NCBI GenBank assembly: GCA_964510025.1 | Contig: CAZDZV010000006.1 | Coordinates: 11,143 to 75,142, forward strand | DNA length: 64,000 nucleotides | Direction of reading: 5' to 3' | From: an uncultured Methanosarcinales archaeon | GTDB lineage: Archaea > Nanobdellota > Nanobdellia > Woesearchaeales > DATDXC01 | Shown here: piece by piece, positions 26,916 through 36,963 of the stretch | Position numbering within the stretch: the stretch's first letter is position 1 | Layout of the letters: each line of letters opens with the position of its first letter | Notes under the pieces: model-generated | The model's database searches: none | What the model was told of the DNA's origin: nothing | Seen by the model: only the letters and a program-made list of their open reading frames with translations | Translations under genes and position numbers: made by a program

Positions 26916-27667
26916 ATATCTGTTTTTCAACGCTCGCATTGGGAAAAAAGTACCAAGAAATGGCCAAGACCCTTGCCGCTGATATCAAAAAATTCAATCC
27001 AAAAATGAAGATAATTATTTTATCAGACGATACTAAGGTCTTTGAAGATATGGACAATGTGATGGCGATACATCATTGCCAGCAGGGAGTGATGTTCCCT
27101 TACCATGATAAAAGATTTGTTGTAGCTGAAGCGTTGAGACGATTTGACGCTACATTATTTGTAGATGCTGACAGCAGGTTGAACTCGTATGTTGATATAT
27201 CGGGCATATCAAGAGAGGATATATACTGTAACCAGACTGAAAATCTGATAGCTCACATTAAGAAATACAACCCAGATCGTTTATACCATGTAAACAAGAT
27301 AGCCAAGAAAATGTCAATTAATCCCGATAAGGTAACTTATATGGGAGAATCTTTTTTTTTTATCGGAACAAAAAAGATTCAGGATTTTATCTATTATTGG
27401 GGCAAGATAGTAGGATATTTGGAAATTCACAGGATTGTTGCAGGAGCAGGCATTTCGATGGGACTCGCTGCACATAAGGCAGGTATCAAAATATGTGAAT
27501 CAGACAGGTTGCTTACCGCTTCAAGATCCTTTGAACATATCAATATTGCCAAAAAAAAGAGTAAGCAGTCTCTTTACGAATCATTTAAGAACAGGTTCCT
27601 TTACCACTATAGGCTTAATAAAGCTAGGATAAAAGCTATATCAGATTTTGATTTTTACTACAGATAA
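26912..27667 (+). CDS. GT8-like DxD transferase (paralog 3); contains a T10 homopolymer
   Basis: NICFSTLALGKKYQEMAKTLAADI ... LFVDADSRL. Poly-T tract at 27352-27361 inside the CDS. Confidence 0.3.
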   Translation: MNICFSTLALGKKYQEMAKTLAADIKKFNPKMKIIILSDDTKVFEDMDNVMAIHHCQQGVMFPYHDKRFVVAEALRRFDATLFVDADSRLNSYVDISGISREDIYCNQTENLIAHIKKYNPDRLYHVNKIAKKMSINPDKVTYMGESFFFIGTKKIQDFIYYWGKIVGYLEIHRIVAGAGISMGLAAHKAGIKICESDRLLTASRSFEHINIAKKKSKQSLYESFKNRFLYHYRLNKARIKAISDFDFYYR

Positions 27668-28598
27668 TATGAATGAACCTAAGCCTTTTCTCTCAATCGT
27701 GACACCAACATTGGGAAGATTTTCAGAATATTGGCTAGAATCATTGCTGTCAATTGAAGGGGATGTTGAGTTTATCTTGGCATATCCACCACATTCCGAT
27801 ACCCTTACGATAAACGACCTTAGACTAAAGGTCATTATTAGCGATTTTATTGGGGAGGTCATGCAAAGAGCAGCTGGATTAAGGCATGCGAAAGGAAAAT
27901 ATGTTTTAGCATTGGATGACGATGATTATGTGCACCCCAATATAGTTGAATTGGCTAAGGATTATTTTGATAAATATCCCGGAAGCTGGCTTTTTAGGTT
28001 GCAGAAACATGGTATCGATTACAAGAATATGCAGGATATTCGAGCCCCGTGGAAACCTGTCAAAAAAGTCGAGAAGATGAAGCTCTTAGAAATACCCATT
28101 GCTCCCCTAAGAAAAAGGTTTGAACCGATGGCTTTATGGCCCCAGTATAGAAGAAAAGACCATCATGGCATTCATTCAGAAAATTTCGTAGATAGGATAT
28201 GGAGAAACGATTTGGTACAGCCTGCAGTAGATGATTTTTTTGACTGTTTGAAAATTTTTGGACAGGTCAGATATATCCCCCCGAAAAATTCATATGGATT
28301 TGACAGAGTTATGTCCCTTTTTCTGCAGGCCAAATACTTTGAGCCTGGAATAAAAATAGGGCATTGGATTAAAGATTCAGAAGCACAGATAAGAAAAGTA
28401 CATATGCCAAATGAGTTAAAGCCTGCTAGATTCCACTTTCTTTCCCATTTAGTTTTAGTGAAGAAATTTCCCCGATACGGCTACCTTTGGAACTTATTTT
28501 TTGAGACATTTTGGGATATACCCCGAAAAATTGGGAAGGCATTAAAGATCAGACAGCGGCAGAATCATAAACTGGGTAAGACGATTAAAATGAGGTAG
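27648..28598 (+). CDS. GT-A fold glycosyltransferase (GT2-like)
   Basis: LSIVTPTLGRFSEYWLESLLSI ... LALDDDDYVHPN. Confidence 0.45.
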   Translation: MIFTTDNMNEPKPFLSIVTPTLGRFSEYWLESLLSIEGDVEFILAYPPHSDTLTINDLRLKVIISDFIGEVMQRAAGLRHAKGKYVLALDDDDYVHPNIVELAKDYFDKYPGSWLFRLQKHGIDYKNMQDIRAPWKPVKKVEKMKLLEIPIAPLRKRFEPMALWPQYRRKDHHGIHSENFVDRIWRNDLVQPAVDDFFDCLKIFGQVRYIPPKNSYGFDRVMSLFLQAKYFEPGIKIGHWIKDSEAQIRKVHMPNELKPARFHFLSHLVLVKKFPRYGYLWNLFFETFWDIPRKIGKALKIRQRQNHKLGKTIKMR

Positions 28599-28612
28599 TC
28601 TGCAAGAAGAAA

Positions 28613-29476
28613 TTGGCTAACGAAACATATATTTCCGTGATTGTCCCCGTATATAACGGAGAGAAGACCATTGAGAGATGTTTATGCTCACTTGCAAATC
28701 AGCGCTATCCTAAAAAAAGATATGAAGTGATAATAGTCGACAATAATTCCACTGATGATACAAAAAAAATAATTGAGAAATATCCAGCTAAATATTTGTG
28801 TGAAAAAAAAAGAGGTTCTTATGCTGCAAGAAATAAAGGTATTAGATATGCTAAAGGCAGAATCTTGGCATTTACTGATGCAGACTGCATGGCTCATGTG
28901 AATTGGATAGCAGATGCTGTTAGGGAATTTTCAGACAAAAAAACCGGATGCGTCGCCGGAAGGATAGGTGCAGGTCAAAGAAATAGCCATATAGAAAGGT
29001 ATATTGCTAAAAAGAAGCTGCTTATACAAAAGAAAGAACCATGCGGTCTGCCGCTCCCCTATGCAAAGACAGCAAACGCTTTTTATAGAAAAGAAGTTTT
29101 TGACAAGATAGGATTGTTTGAAGAATGGATTTCCGGAGGAGATGCTGATCTCTGCTGGAGGATGCAGAAGAAAACAGAATATGGGCTGAAGTTTTCGCGT
29201 GCGCTAGTTATACATAAACATAGGACCTCAACAGCAGGATTGTTTAAGCAGTGCTTTAAGTGGGGTATAGGCAATGCCTTCTTGAAAAAAAAATACCGAG
29301 AAATGCCGCAAATATCATTTAGGGGCCGTTTGTGGATTATTTGCCGGATCCTCTTCGGTTTGCCCATGCTTTTTTATCTGATCCTAAAAAAGGACTCATC
29401 TGACAGATTATTTGATAGGCTAGCATTTATTGGATGGCATTTAGGAATGTTTATCGGATTTATAAAAAAAAGATGA
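28613..29476 (+). CDS. Family 2 glycosyltransferase (paralog of 24185-25051)
   Basis: ISVIVPVYNGEKTIERCLCSLANQRYP ... YEVIIVDNNSTDDT ... TDADCMA. Confidence 0.75.
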   Translation: MANETYISVIVPVYNGEKTIERCLCSLANQRYPKKRYEVIIVDNNSTDDTKKIIEKYPAKYLCEKKRGSYAARNKGIRYAKGRILAFTDADCMAHVNWIADAVREFSDKKTGCVAGRIGAGQRNSHIERYIAKKKLLIQKKEPCGLPLPYAKTANAFYRKEVFDKIGLFEEWISGGDADLCWRMQKKTEYGLKFSRALVIHKHRTSTAGLFKQCFKWGIGNAFLKKKYREMPQISFRGRLWIICRILFGLPMLFYLILKKDSSDRLFDRLAFIGWHLGMFIGFIKKR

Positions 29477-30303
29477 AAGGTCCAGATTTCATTGTCTTAG
29501 GAGCGGCAAAAGCAGGAACTACCTCTCTTTATCATTACTTAAAGCAGCATCCGGCAATTTTTATTCCAAGTAAAAAGGAATTAAGATTTTTTACTAACAG
29601 GACAGCTGATATTGACGAATATCTGAGGTTTTTCGTGGAGAAATCTGATAAAGTAGCCGGGGAAGTTTCAAGTGATTACTTGTATTCCGGACCCGATACT
29701 GCTAAAAGGATAAAGAAATATTTTCCAGGTGTAAAGCTTATAGCTATACTGCGAAATCCTATTGATAGGGCATATTCAGAATATTGTATGGATCTAAGAC
29801 TTGGAAAAGTCACAGGAAGTTTTGCTGATGAGTTGGGGGGGAAATTCAAAACAAGGTATCTTAATCAGGGATTTTATCATAAGCAGATAAAAAGATATTT
29901 AAAAATATTTGATGAGAAACAATTTAGGGTTTGGCTTTATGATGACCTGTGCCAGGATCCTATGAAGCTATTACAGGAAATTTTTAAATATATCCGTGTA
30001 GATACTAACTTTATACCCAATATCAAAATAAAACATAATAAAGGGGCTGTACCAAAAAATATTTTTGTTCAGGTTTTAGTCCAAAGACCTAATATATTAA
30101 GAAAAGTATTTAGAAATTTTTCAGCACTATTTTTTCCTTTACATATTAGACAAAGAATTCGTAATAGTATAATAAATCACAATTTAAGGAAAATTCTTCC
30201 TATGGATTCAGACATAAGAAGGTCTTTATTAGAGTTTTATAGATCTGACATAATTAAGTTACAGACCCTAATGAATCGTGATTTGTCTTCATGGTTGCGC
30301 TAA
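29473..30303 (+). CDS. Sulfotransferase-family protein (PAPS-dependent)
   Basis: 5'-PSB LGAAKAGTTSL and textbook 3'-PB ILRNPIDRAYSEY. Start moved to ATG 29473 (MKGPDFIVLG...). Confidence 0.7.
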   Translation: MKGPDFIVLGAAKAGTTSLYHYLKQHPAIFIPSKKELRFFTNRTADIDEYLRFFVEKSDKVAGEVSSDYLYSGPDTAKRIKKYFPGVKLIAILRNPIDRAYSEYCMDLRLGKVTGSFADELGGKFKTRYLNQGFYHKQIKRYLKIFDEKQFRVWLYDDLCQDPMKLLQEIFKYIRVDTNFIPNIKIKHNKGAVPKNIFVQVLVQRPNILRKVFRNFSALFFPLHIRQRIRNSIINHNLRKILPMDSDIRRSLLEFYRSDIIKLQTLMNRDLSSWLR

Positions 30304-30309
30304 CATAAT

Positions 30310-31218
30310 ATGCAAATCCAAATATCTGCCATAGTATGTACATATAACAGAAGCAATTATCTTAAGAGAACTTTGAAAAGCTTGATTAAACAGAGTTTAG
30401 ATAACCAGGTGTATGAAATAATTGTGGTAGATAACGCATCAACAGATAATACTAAGAAGATGGTTTCAGAATATTCAAGAATTAATTTTAAATACAGCTA
30501 TGAGAGCAAATTGGCTTTATCTATTGCTAGAAATACAGGTTTAGAAAAAGCAAAAGGTAAATATGTTGCATATATCGACGATGATGCAATAGCTGATGAA
30601 TATTGGTTACAGAATATTCTAAGTTCTTTTAAAAAAGAGAAGAATGTTGGCTGTATCGGAGGGAGGGTAAAACCAATTTGGGAAAGCAAAAAACCAGTAT
30701 GGTTGGATTACAACCTATACCCTTTTCTCAGCTTGCTGGATAAGGGAAAGAAAAGATATATCTTTTCGGAATCTGAGTGGTTCTCCGGGACCAATATGGC
30801 TTTCAGAAAGGATTTGTTAAGAAAAATAGGGGGGTTTCCCGTACATCTCGGTAGAAAAGGCAATTATCTTTTGTCCGGGGAAGAGGTTTATGTCAAGCAG
30901 AAAATCGAGAACCTAGGCTACTTAGCCCTCTATAATCCAGAAGCTCTTGTGCATCACAGTATACCTGGCAGTAGGCTTGCAAAGCAGTGGTTTATTGGAA
31001 GGTTGTTTTGGCAAGGCGTTACCAATGCCGTAATGGAGCCAAAAAAACCTTTTTTGCACCAGCTAAGATCGGGAATCGCTATGTCCCTGCCCGTTTTCTT
31101 CAACCTAGATTCACTTTCTGCCTTGTTCGACAGTTCAGATGATCCAAAGCTTTTCTATGAGAAATGCAGGGTGATTGGCAGATTTGGCTATAGCATGAAG
31201 ATGCTAAGATTGATATGA
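30310..31218 (+). CDS. Family 2 glycosyltransferase
   Basis: ISAIVCTYNRSNYLKRTLKSLIKQS ... YEIIVVDNASTDNT ... IDDDAIA. Confidence 0.75.
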   Translation: MQIQISAIVCTYNRSNYLKRTLKSLIKQSLDNQVYEIIVVDNASTDNTKKMVSEYSRINFKYSYESKLALSIARNTGLEKAKGKYVAYIDDDAIADEYWLQNILSSFKKEKNVGCIGGRVKPIWESKKPVWLDYNLYPFLSLLDKGKKRYIFSESEWFSGTNMAFRKDLLRKIGGFPVHLGRKGNYLLSGEEVYVKQKIENLGYLALYNPEALVHHSIPGSRLAKQWFIGRLFWQGVTNAVMEPKKPFLHQLRSGIAMSLPVFFNLDSLSALFDSSDDPKLFYEKCRVIGRFGYSMKMLRLI

Positions 31219-32231
31219 AAATCGCGTATCTATCAGACAACTGGCCATGGTTTGGTAGATATAGCTCATATTCTCGATTAATTCACTATATTAAGAAGCT
31301 TTCAGATGTTGATGTTGTAGAGACAAAATACACTTTACCCAGGAAGGTCATGGGAAAGATTTATTCTACTGTCCAGGGCGTCGGCAGAAAAGACTCAGTG
31401 TTTGCTGCATCTGAATTTCTGTTCAGGAAAAAAATAAACAGGGGACTGGCCCATGTCCTGTATTACGATACGCATTATCCGATGTGGAAAAAAGAGCTGA
31501 AAAATGTTGTTACCACCATACATCATCCGCCAGACAGGATGCTTCCGGCCCTTATGAAGATGAATCTTAGAAATGTTTCCAAAGCCATCGTACTATCTAG
31601 AAAAAATATTGAATTCTACAAAGAAGCTGTGGGTGAAAATAATGTTGTATTCATCCCTCATGGTGTAGACACTGAATTTTTCAGCCCTGCTGAAACCTGC
31701 GATGAACAAAGAATGCTTTTCGTAGGTCAAAATGGAAGGAATACTGTAATGTTTTCAAAAGTTGTAAAAAAATTGCTCAGACATAATCCTGATTTGATAT
31801 TTGATTTGCTAGTAGTAAAAGACAAGAGGACTGTCTCAGGATTGAAAGAACTTAGGCACCTTCCTAATGTTAACTGGCTTTCTACTAAGAGCAGCGAAGA
31901 GCTTAGAGATATTTACCAGAGAAGTTATCTGTTAGTGATGCCAATGGAAAGCTGCTCAGCCAACAACGCTATTGTTGAGTCTTTGGCATGCGGGCTGCCT
32001 GTAGTGACAACTGATGTTGGTGGTATCAGGGATTATGGTGGAGGAACTGTCTATAAGACAGCAGATAATGTTCAGGAGACTGTTGAACTTGTAGAAAAGT
32101 ATTTGGAAGATAGATCATTTCGGGATAAGATCGCAAAAGACTGCAGGTATTTTGCAGTTGAAATTCTGGATTGGAAGAAAATTGCAATATTGCATATGGA
32201 TTTTTACATTCAGATGGCCTATGAAAAATAG
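31215..32231 (+). CDS. Family 4 (GT-B) glycosyltransferase
   Basis: C-terminal ESLACGLPVVTTDVGG block of the EX7E region. Confidence 0.65.
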   Translation: MKIAYLSDNWPWFGRYSSYSRLIHYIKKLSDVDVVETKYTLPRKVMGKIYSTVQGVGRKDSVFAASEFLFRKKINRGLAHVLYYDTHYPMWKKELKNVVTTIHHPPDRMLPALMKMNLRNVSKAIVLSRKNIEFYKEAVGENNVVFIPHGVDTEFFSPAETCDEQRMLFVGQNGRNTVMFSKVVKKLLRHNPDLIFDLLVVKDKRTVSGLKELRHLPNVNWLSTKSSEELRDIYQRSYLLVMPMESCSANNAIVESLACGLPVVTTDVGGIRDYGGGTVYKTADNVQETVELVEKYLEDRSFRDKIAKDCRYFAVEILDWKKIAILHMDFYIQMAYEK

Positions 32232-33129
32232 TCTTGAAAAGAAAAAACCACTGGCGACAGTTATTGTACCCACATACAACCATGCCTGTTTCATCGAAGA
32301 TGCACTGGATAGCCTGCTGAATCAGAGCTATGAAGAAATTCAGATAATTGTCGTGGATGATGGCTCAACAGACCAGACAAGCAAGATTTTGACAAAATAC
32401 AAAAAAGACATTAAATATGTTTATCAAAAGAATTCAGGCCAGGCCGCTGCAATCAAAAAAGGCATAGGGTTGGCAAAAGGCACATATATCTTCATCTTAA
32501 ATGCTGATGATATGTTCATGGCAAATAAGATTGGCAAAGTTGTTTCAGTATTCGAATCCTGCCCGACGGTAACGCATGTCTCGCATCCTGTCCTGGAATG
32601 GGATGGAACATCTAGAAAAATAGAGCCTATACCCAGCCAGATATTGAATAAAGTAATCGATGGAAAAAGACTGTTAGAGTATTTTTACCTGAACAGGTTC
32701 TACGGCGGTGGATCTACCGTAGCTGGCAGAGCATCTATCTGGAAAGAAATCCATATTCCAAGGCAGGTTGATATGTTCATTGATGAATATCTGGCCATCT
32801 CATCTTTAAGAACCGGTTCAGGCTATTTTATAGGTACACCCCTCTCCATATACCGGATTCATGATTCCAACTATTCCAGAATCCCAATAGCCAGGAAGGC
32901 TCTAAGAAATATGAAGGCAAATAAGGCCATACTGGATCAGCTGGACGGTGAGATAAAAATAATGTATGAACTAAAAACAAGGATAGCATATCTGAAATAT
33001 AAGGAGATTATATGCAAAAAAGAGCTCGCGGATGTGATCTCTTTGTGGCAATTTCTATTTAGGCATAAGAGCCTGATGAGATGGAAGACAATCAAAAATT
33101 ATCGGATCCTGCATAGAACAGTCCTATGA
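32221..33129 (+). CDS. Family 2 glycosyltransferase
   Basis: ATVIVPTYNHACFIEDALDSLLNQSY ... IQIIVVDDGSTDQT ... NADD. Start moved to ATG 32221 (MKNSLEKKKPLATVIVP). Confidence 0.75.
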   Translation: MKNSLEKKKPLATVIVPTYNHACFIEDALDSLLNQSYEEIQIIVVDDGSTDQTSKILTKYKKDIKYVYQKNSGQAAAIKKGIGLAKGTYIFILNADDMFMANKIGKVVSVFESCPTVTHVSHPVLEWDGTSRKIEPIPSQILNKVIDGKRLLEYFYLNRFYGGGSTVAGRASIWKEIHIPRQVDMFIDEYLAISSLRTGSGYFIGTPLSIYRIHDSNYSRIPIARKALRNMKANKAILDQLDGEIKIMYELKTRIAYLKYKEIICKKELADVISLWQFLFRHKSLMRWKTIKNYRILHRTVL

Positions 33130-34034
33130 AAACCAGTGTAATCATCCCTAGCTATAGAAGACCGGCATGCCTGCAAAAATGCTTAAACGCATTGGAGAAC
33201 CAGTCAGTTGCGCCGGAAGAAATAATTGTGGTTCTCAGAAAAAATGATATAGAGACTGTCAGCATGGTAAAAAGAGAGAATTGCAGGGCTATTTATGTAA
33301 ATAGTCCTGGGCAGGTAGCTGCACTCAACACTGGATTAGATAATGCCTTAGGCGACATAATAGCGATTACAGACGATGATGCTGTACCCCACAAGGATTG
33401 GATTAAACTGATTGAAAGGCACTTTAGAAATGACAATGATTTGGCTGGACTCGGGGGGAAGGACAATCTTTACATCGATTACAGGTTGTTGAGGGGTAAA
33501 AAAAGGCTGGTTGGAAAGATCCGATGGTTTGGAAGCATAGTGGGAAATCACCATCTGGGATACGGGCGACCCAGGGAGGTGGACCATCTTAAAGGCGTCA
33601 ATATGAGTTTCCGCAAGGAAGCTATCAAAGATTTACGCTTCGATAAGCGGTTAAGGGGGCTGGGTGCCCAGGTTAGAAATGACACTGCCTTCTGCTTACA
33701 GCTCAAGAGAAAAGGCGCCAAGCTGGTATATGACCCAGAAGTTGTCGCTGACCATTTTCAGGCACCTAGATTTGAGAGGGATAAACGTGGAAATTTTGAC
33801 TATAGTGCTGTATTAGACGGTGCTTTTAACGAGACTCTTGTTCTATTAGAGTACCTCCCTTTCTTTGGAAAGATCTGCCACCTTTTTTTTGCCTTACTTA
33901 CGGGGAATATCTTCACCCCGGGCCTGATCCAGTTCATCCGAATCCTGCCAAGAGAAAAAAAAGATGCTGTTCATAGGTTTTTGGCTTCTTTGGAAGGCAG
34001 AAAGAAAGCCATTCTATTAACATGGATAAAGTAG
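33126..34034 (+). CDS. Family 2 glycosyltransferase
   Basis: TSVIIPSYRRPACLQKCLNALENQS ... ITDDDAVP. Confidence 0.7.
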   Translation: MKTSVIIPSYRRPACLQKCLNALENQSVAPEEIIVVLRKNDIETVSMVKRENCRAIYVNSPGQVAALNTGLDNALGDIIAITDDDAVPHKDWIKLIERHFRNDNDLAGLGGKDNLYIDYRLLRGKKRLVGKIRWFGSIVGNHHLGYGRPREVDHLKGVNMSFRKEAIKDLRFDKRLRGLGAQVRNDTAFCLQLKRKGAKLVYDPEVVADHFQAPRFERDKRGNFDYSAVLDGAFNETLVLLEYLPFFGKICHLFFALLTGNIFTPGLIQFIRILPREKKDAVHRFLASLEGRKKAILLTWIK

Positions 34035-35155
34035 CTTTCATAGTCAGCCACCCGATCCAGTATTTCTCTCCGCTATTTAGATTACTATCGAAAAAAATGG
34101 ACCTTACGGTCATTTATCTATCAGATGAAACATTGAAGACTTTCATGGATAAAGAATTTTCAGCAGCGATTAAGTGGGATATTCCTTTGTTAAAAGGGTA
34201 TAGGTACAAATTACTAAAAAATAATTCACCTGTCCATTCTGTTTCCAGGCCACCTTTTGGTTTATTAAATCTTGGGATTCTAAATGAGATAACCAATAAA
34301 AAATATGATTGCATAATAGTCCATGGGTGGCATTATGTAAGCCATTGGTTAGTCTACATCCTATGTATCCTTAGGCAGCTGCCTTTCTATATTAGGTCTG
34401 AATCTCCCCTAAACCAGGAAAAAACAAAGCCTGATTGGAAGATTTACATCAAAAAAATTTTACTTGGATATTTATTTCGTAGGGCAGCTGGTCTTCTGGC
34501 GATTGGAACTCAAAACAGGAGATTCTATGGGTTCTATGGGGTAGAAAATAAAAAAATCTTTTATGCACCTTATTCTGTCGATAATGATAGGCTTATGCCA
34601 AAAAAACGTAAAACTAAAAAAGACAAAATAGTAATCTTGTTTGTTGGGAAGCTTATAGAGAAAAAAAGGCCTATGGATCTGTTGCAGGCCTTTGAAAGGA
34701 TAAGTTATGAAACAAAAGCCCTGTATTTTGTAGGCGAAGGAAAAATGAAGAGACAGCTGCAAAAATATACGAAAAAAAATCATCTAAAAAACGTATTTTT
34801 CCCTGGATTTGTAAATCAGACAGCCCTCCCAGACTATTATAATATGGCGGATATATTTGTGCTTCCGTCTGGAATAGGAGAAACCTGGGGGCTGGTAGTA
34901 AACGAAGCAATGTGTTTTGGCCTCCCAGTTATAGTATCGGATATTTCAGGATGCAGCACAGATTTGGTAAAACAAGGCAAAAATGGCTACATATTTAAAA
35001 CAGGAGATATAGGACAATTGTCACGATATTTGAACATGCTTATAAAAAATAAGAAACTAAGAAACCAGATGGGATCTAGGTCTCTCAAAATCATAGGTCA
35101 ATTTAGCTGCAAAGCAGCAGCCGAAGGGATTGCTAAGGCTGTCAAGAGAAAATGA
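34022..35155 (+). CDS. Family 4 (GT-B) glycosyltransferase
   Basis: ADIFVLPSGIGETWGLVVNEAMCFGLPVIVSD (EX7E). Confidence 0.75.
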   Translation: MDKVAFIVSHPIQYFSPLFRLLSKKMDLTVIYLSDETLKTFMDKEFSAAIKWDIPLLKGYRYKLLKNNSPVHSVSRPPFGLLNLGILNEITNKKYDCIIVHGWHYVSHWLVYILCILRQLPFYIRSESPLNQEKTKPDWKIYIKKILLGYLFRRAAGLLAIGTQNRRFYGFYGVENKKIFYAPYSVDNDRLMPKKRKTKKDKIVILFVGKLIEKKRPMDLLQAFERISYETKALYFVGEGKMKRQLQKYTKKNHLKNVFFPGFVNQTALPDYYNMADIFVLPSGIGETWGLVVNEAMCFGLPVIVSDISGCSTDLVKQGKNGYIFKTGDIGQLSRYLNMLIKNKKLRNQMGSRSLKIIGQFSCKAAAEGIAKAVKRK

Positions 35156-36963
35156 AGCCATTTTTAAAAATAAGGAAAATTTTAGGACTTTTCAGAAAAC
35201 TCGAAATCCGCTTAGTTTACTTTGCGATCCCTATAGTTCTTTCGTTTCTAATAGCATTTTTTGAAGGCCTAAGCATCGGACTGCTAATACCCTTGGCTAA
35301 AGGGATTGTGGAGATGGAATTCAGTTTTGTGAGAAACCTTCCTTTTTTTAAGACAATCAATGACCTTTTCCCCCAGTTGCTAGCGCATAATAGGGCGATC
35401 TTTGTGACTCTTGTACTGATCATATTCATCTCAGCAGTCTTAAAAAATGTCTTCACCTATCTATCTTCCGTCATAGTAAGATATCAAATACGGCAAGCTG
35501 CGCATAAAGCAAGAAAGCACATATTCAATAGATATCTAAGTTTTGGCAAGCTTTTTTATGACAGGAATAATGAGGGCCATCTGCAAAGCATACTGCTCAG
35601 CTATACAAACTCGATCATAGGTCAGCTAGGCTCTATCTCCCACCTCATGAACGGCTCCGCTATGCTTCTTGTGTATTTTATTATGATGTTTTCCATATCC
35701 TGGAGATTGACTGTATTCATTCTGCTGATATTTCCGGTCCTGAACCTATCACTGAAATATCTGATTGCGAAGATAAAGAAAACCTCAAAGTTCTCGGCAG
35801 ATGCTAGGAAGAGGATGAACAGGGCAGTCTTCAACGTGCTTTCGTCTATACCGATTATAAAGGCATATACGAAAGAGGAGGAGGAAAAGAAGAACTTTGA
35901 CAAAATGAGCGAAGAAATGTCAAAATGGGACTTCAGTATGGATAAAAAATACGACCTGATAGGGCCAATGCAGGAAGTTATAACCTTGATAGCAGTACTG
36001 TTGGTAATCTCAGCCATGGCCTTCTTGTTTATAAAAACTAAGACAGGTGATATCTACGGGTTTGCCGTATTTTTTTATCTGTTGAAGAAATCCATGGGCA
36101 CGTTTGGTATCTTTAACAGCTTCAAGGGATCATTGGCAAAAGCCTCCGGACAGGTGCAAGAAATAATGCATATTCTCAGTGAGAAGAATAAGCATTATGT
36201 AAAAGGAGGAAGAAAAGAATTCAATGGATTGGAATCAGAGATTAAGCTGAGTAGGCTAAGCTTCCATTATGACTCAAAAGTTCCCATAATCAAGGACATA
36301 TCCTTCTCTATCAGAAAAGGAAAGATGACGGCTATTGTAGGGCCAACTGGCTCAGGTAAGACAACAATAATCAATCTTCTTCTGAGATTTTATGAATGCC
36401 CTGAAGGTTCTATATTTGTAGATGGGCGGGATATCAAGGAGTTCACGTTAAAATCGATAAGAAAGCATATGGCCCTTGTCAGCCAGGATACTATGCTTTT
36501 CAATGATACATTGAGAAAAAATATGACCTACGGAATAGACAGACAGGTGTCTCAGCAGGAGTTGGCTAGGATAGCAAAAAAGGCCCGGATCTATGACTAC
36601 ATCAAGAAGCTTCCGCGTGGCTTTGAAACGGTTATAGGTGATAGGGGAGTGCAGCTTTCTGGAGGTGAAAAGCAGAGGATATCGATTGCAAGAGCCCTCT
36701 TGAAGAACGCCGATATATTGATACTAGATGAAGCCACAAGCTCCCTGGACTCCAGAACAGAAAAGCTCATTCAGGAAGCTATCTACGAAGCTGTGAAGGG
36801 GAGAACCTCTATAGTCATCGCACACCGGCTTTCGACTATAAAGAACGCTGACAAGATTATCATCATTGAGAAAGGCAAGATAATTGAAAAAGGAAAACCC
36901 AAGGAACTGCTTGGAAAAAAAGGCAGATTCTATCAATATTGGCAGGAGCAGAAGTTTGAATAA
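35152..36963 (+). CDS. ABC exporter, fused permease-ATPase (MsbA/lipid-linked glycan flippase type)
   Basis: Six N-terminal TM helices. Walker A GPTGSGKTT, signature LSGGEKQRISIARAL, Walker B ILILDEATSSLD, H-loop IVIAHRLSTI. Confidence 0.8.
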   Translation: MKPFLKIRKILGLFRKLEIRLVYFAIPIVLSFLIAFFEGLSIGLLIPLAKGIVEMEFSFVRNLPFFKTINDLFPQLLAHNRAIFVTLVLIIFISAVLKNVFTYLSSVIVRYQIRQAAHKARKHIFNRYLSFGKLFYDRNNEGHLQSILLSYTNSIIGQLGSISHLMNGSAMLLVYFIMMFSISWRLTVFILLIFPVLNLSLKYLIAKIKKTSKFSADARKRMNRAVFNVLSSIPIIKAYTKEEEEKKNFDKMSEEMSKWDFSMDKKYDLIGPMQEVITLIAVLLVISAMAFLFIKTKTGDIYGFAVFFYLLKKSMGTFGIFNSFKGSLAKASGQVQEIMHILSEKNKHYVKGGRKEFNGLESEIKLSRLSFHYDSKVPIIKDISFSIRKGKMTAIVGPTGSGKTTIINLLLRFYECPEGSIFVDGRDIKEFTLKSIRKHMALVSQDTMLFNDTLRKNMTYGIDRQVSQQELARIAKKARIYDYIKKLPRGFETVIGDRGVQLSGGEKQRISIARALLKNADILILDEATSSLDSRTEKLIQEAIYEAVKGRTSIVIAHRLSTIKNADKIIIIEKGKIIEKGKPKELLGKKGRFYQYWQEQKFE

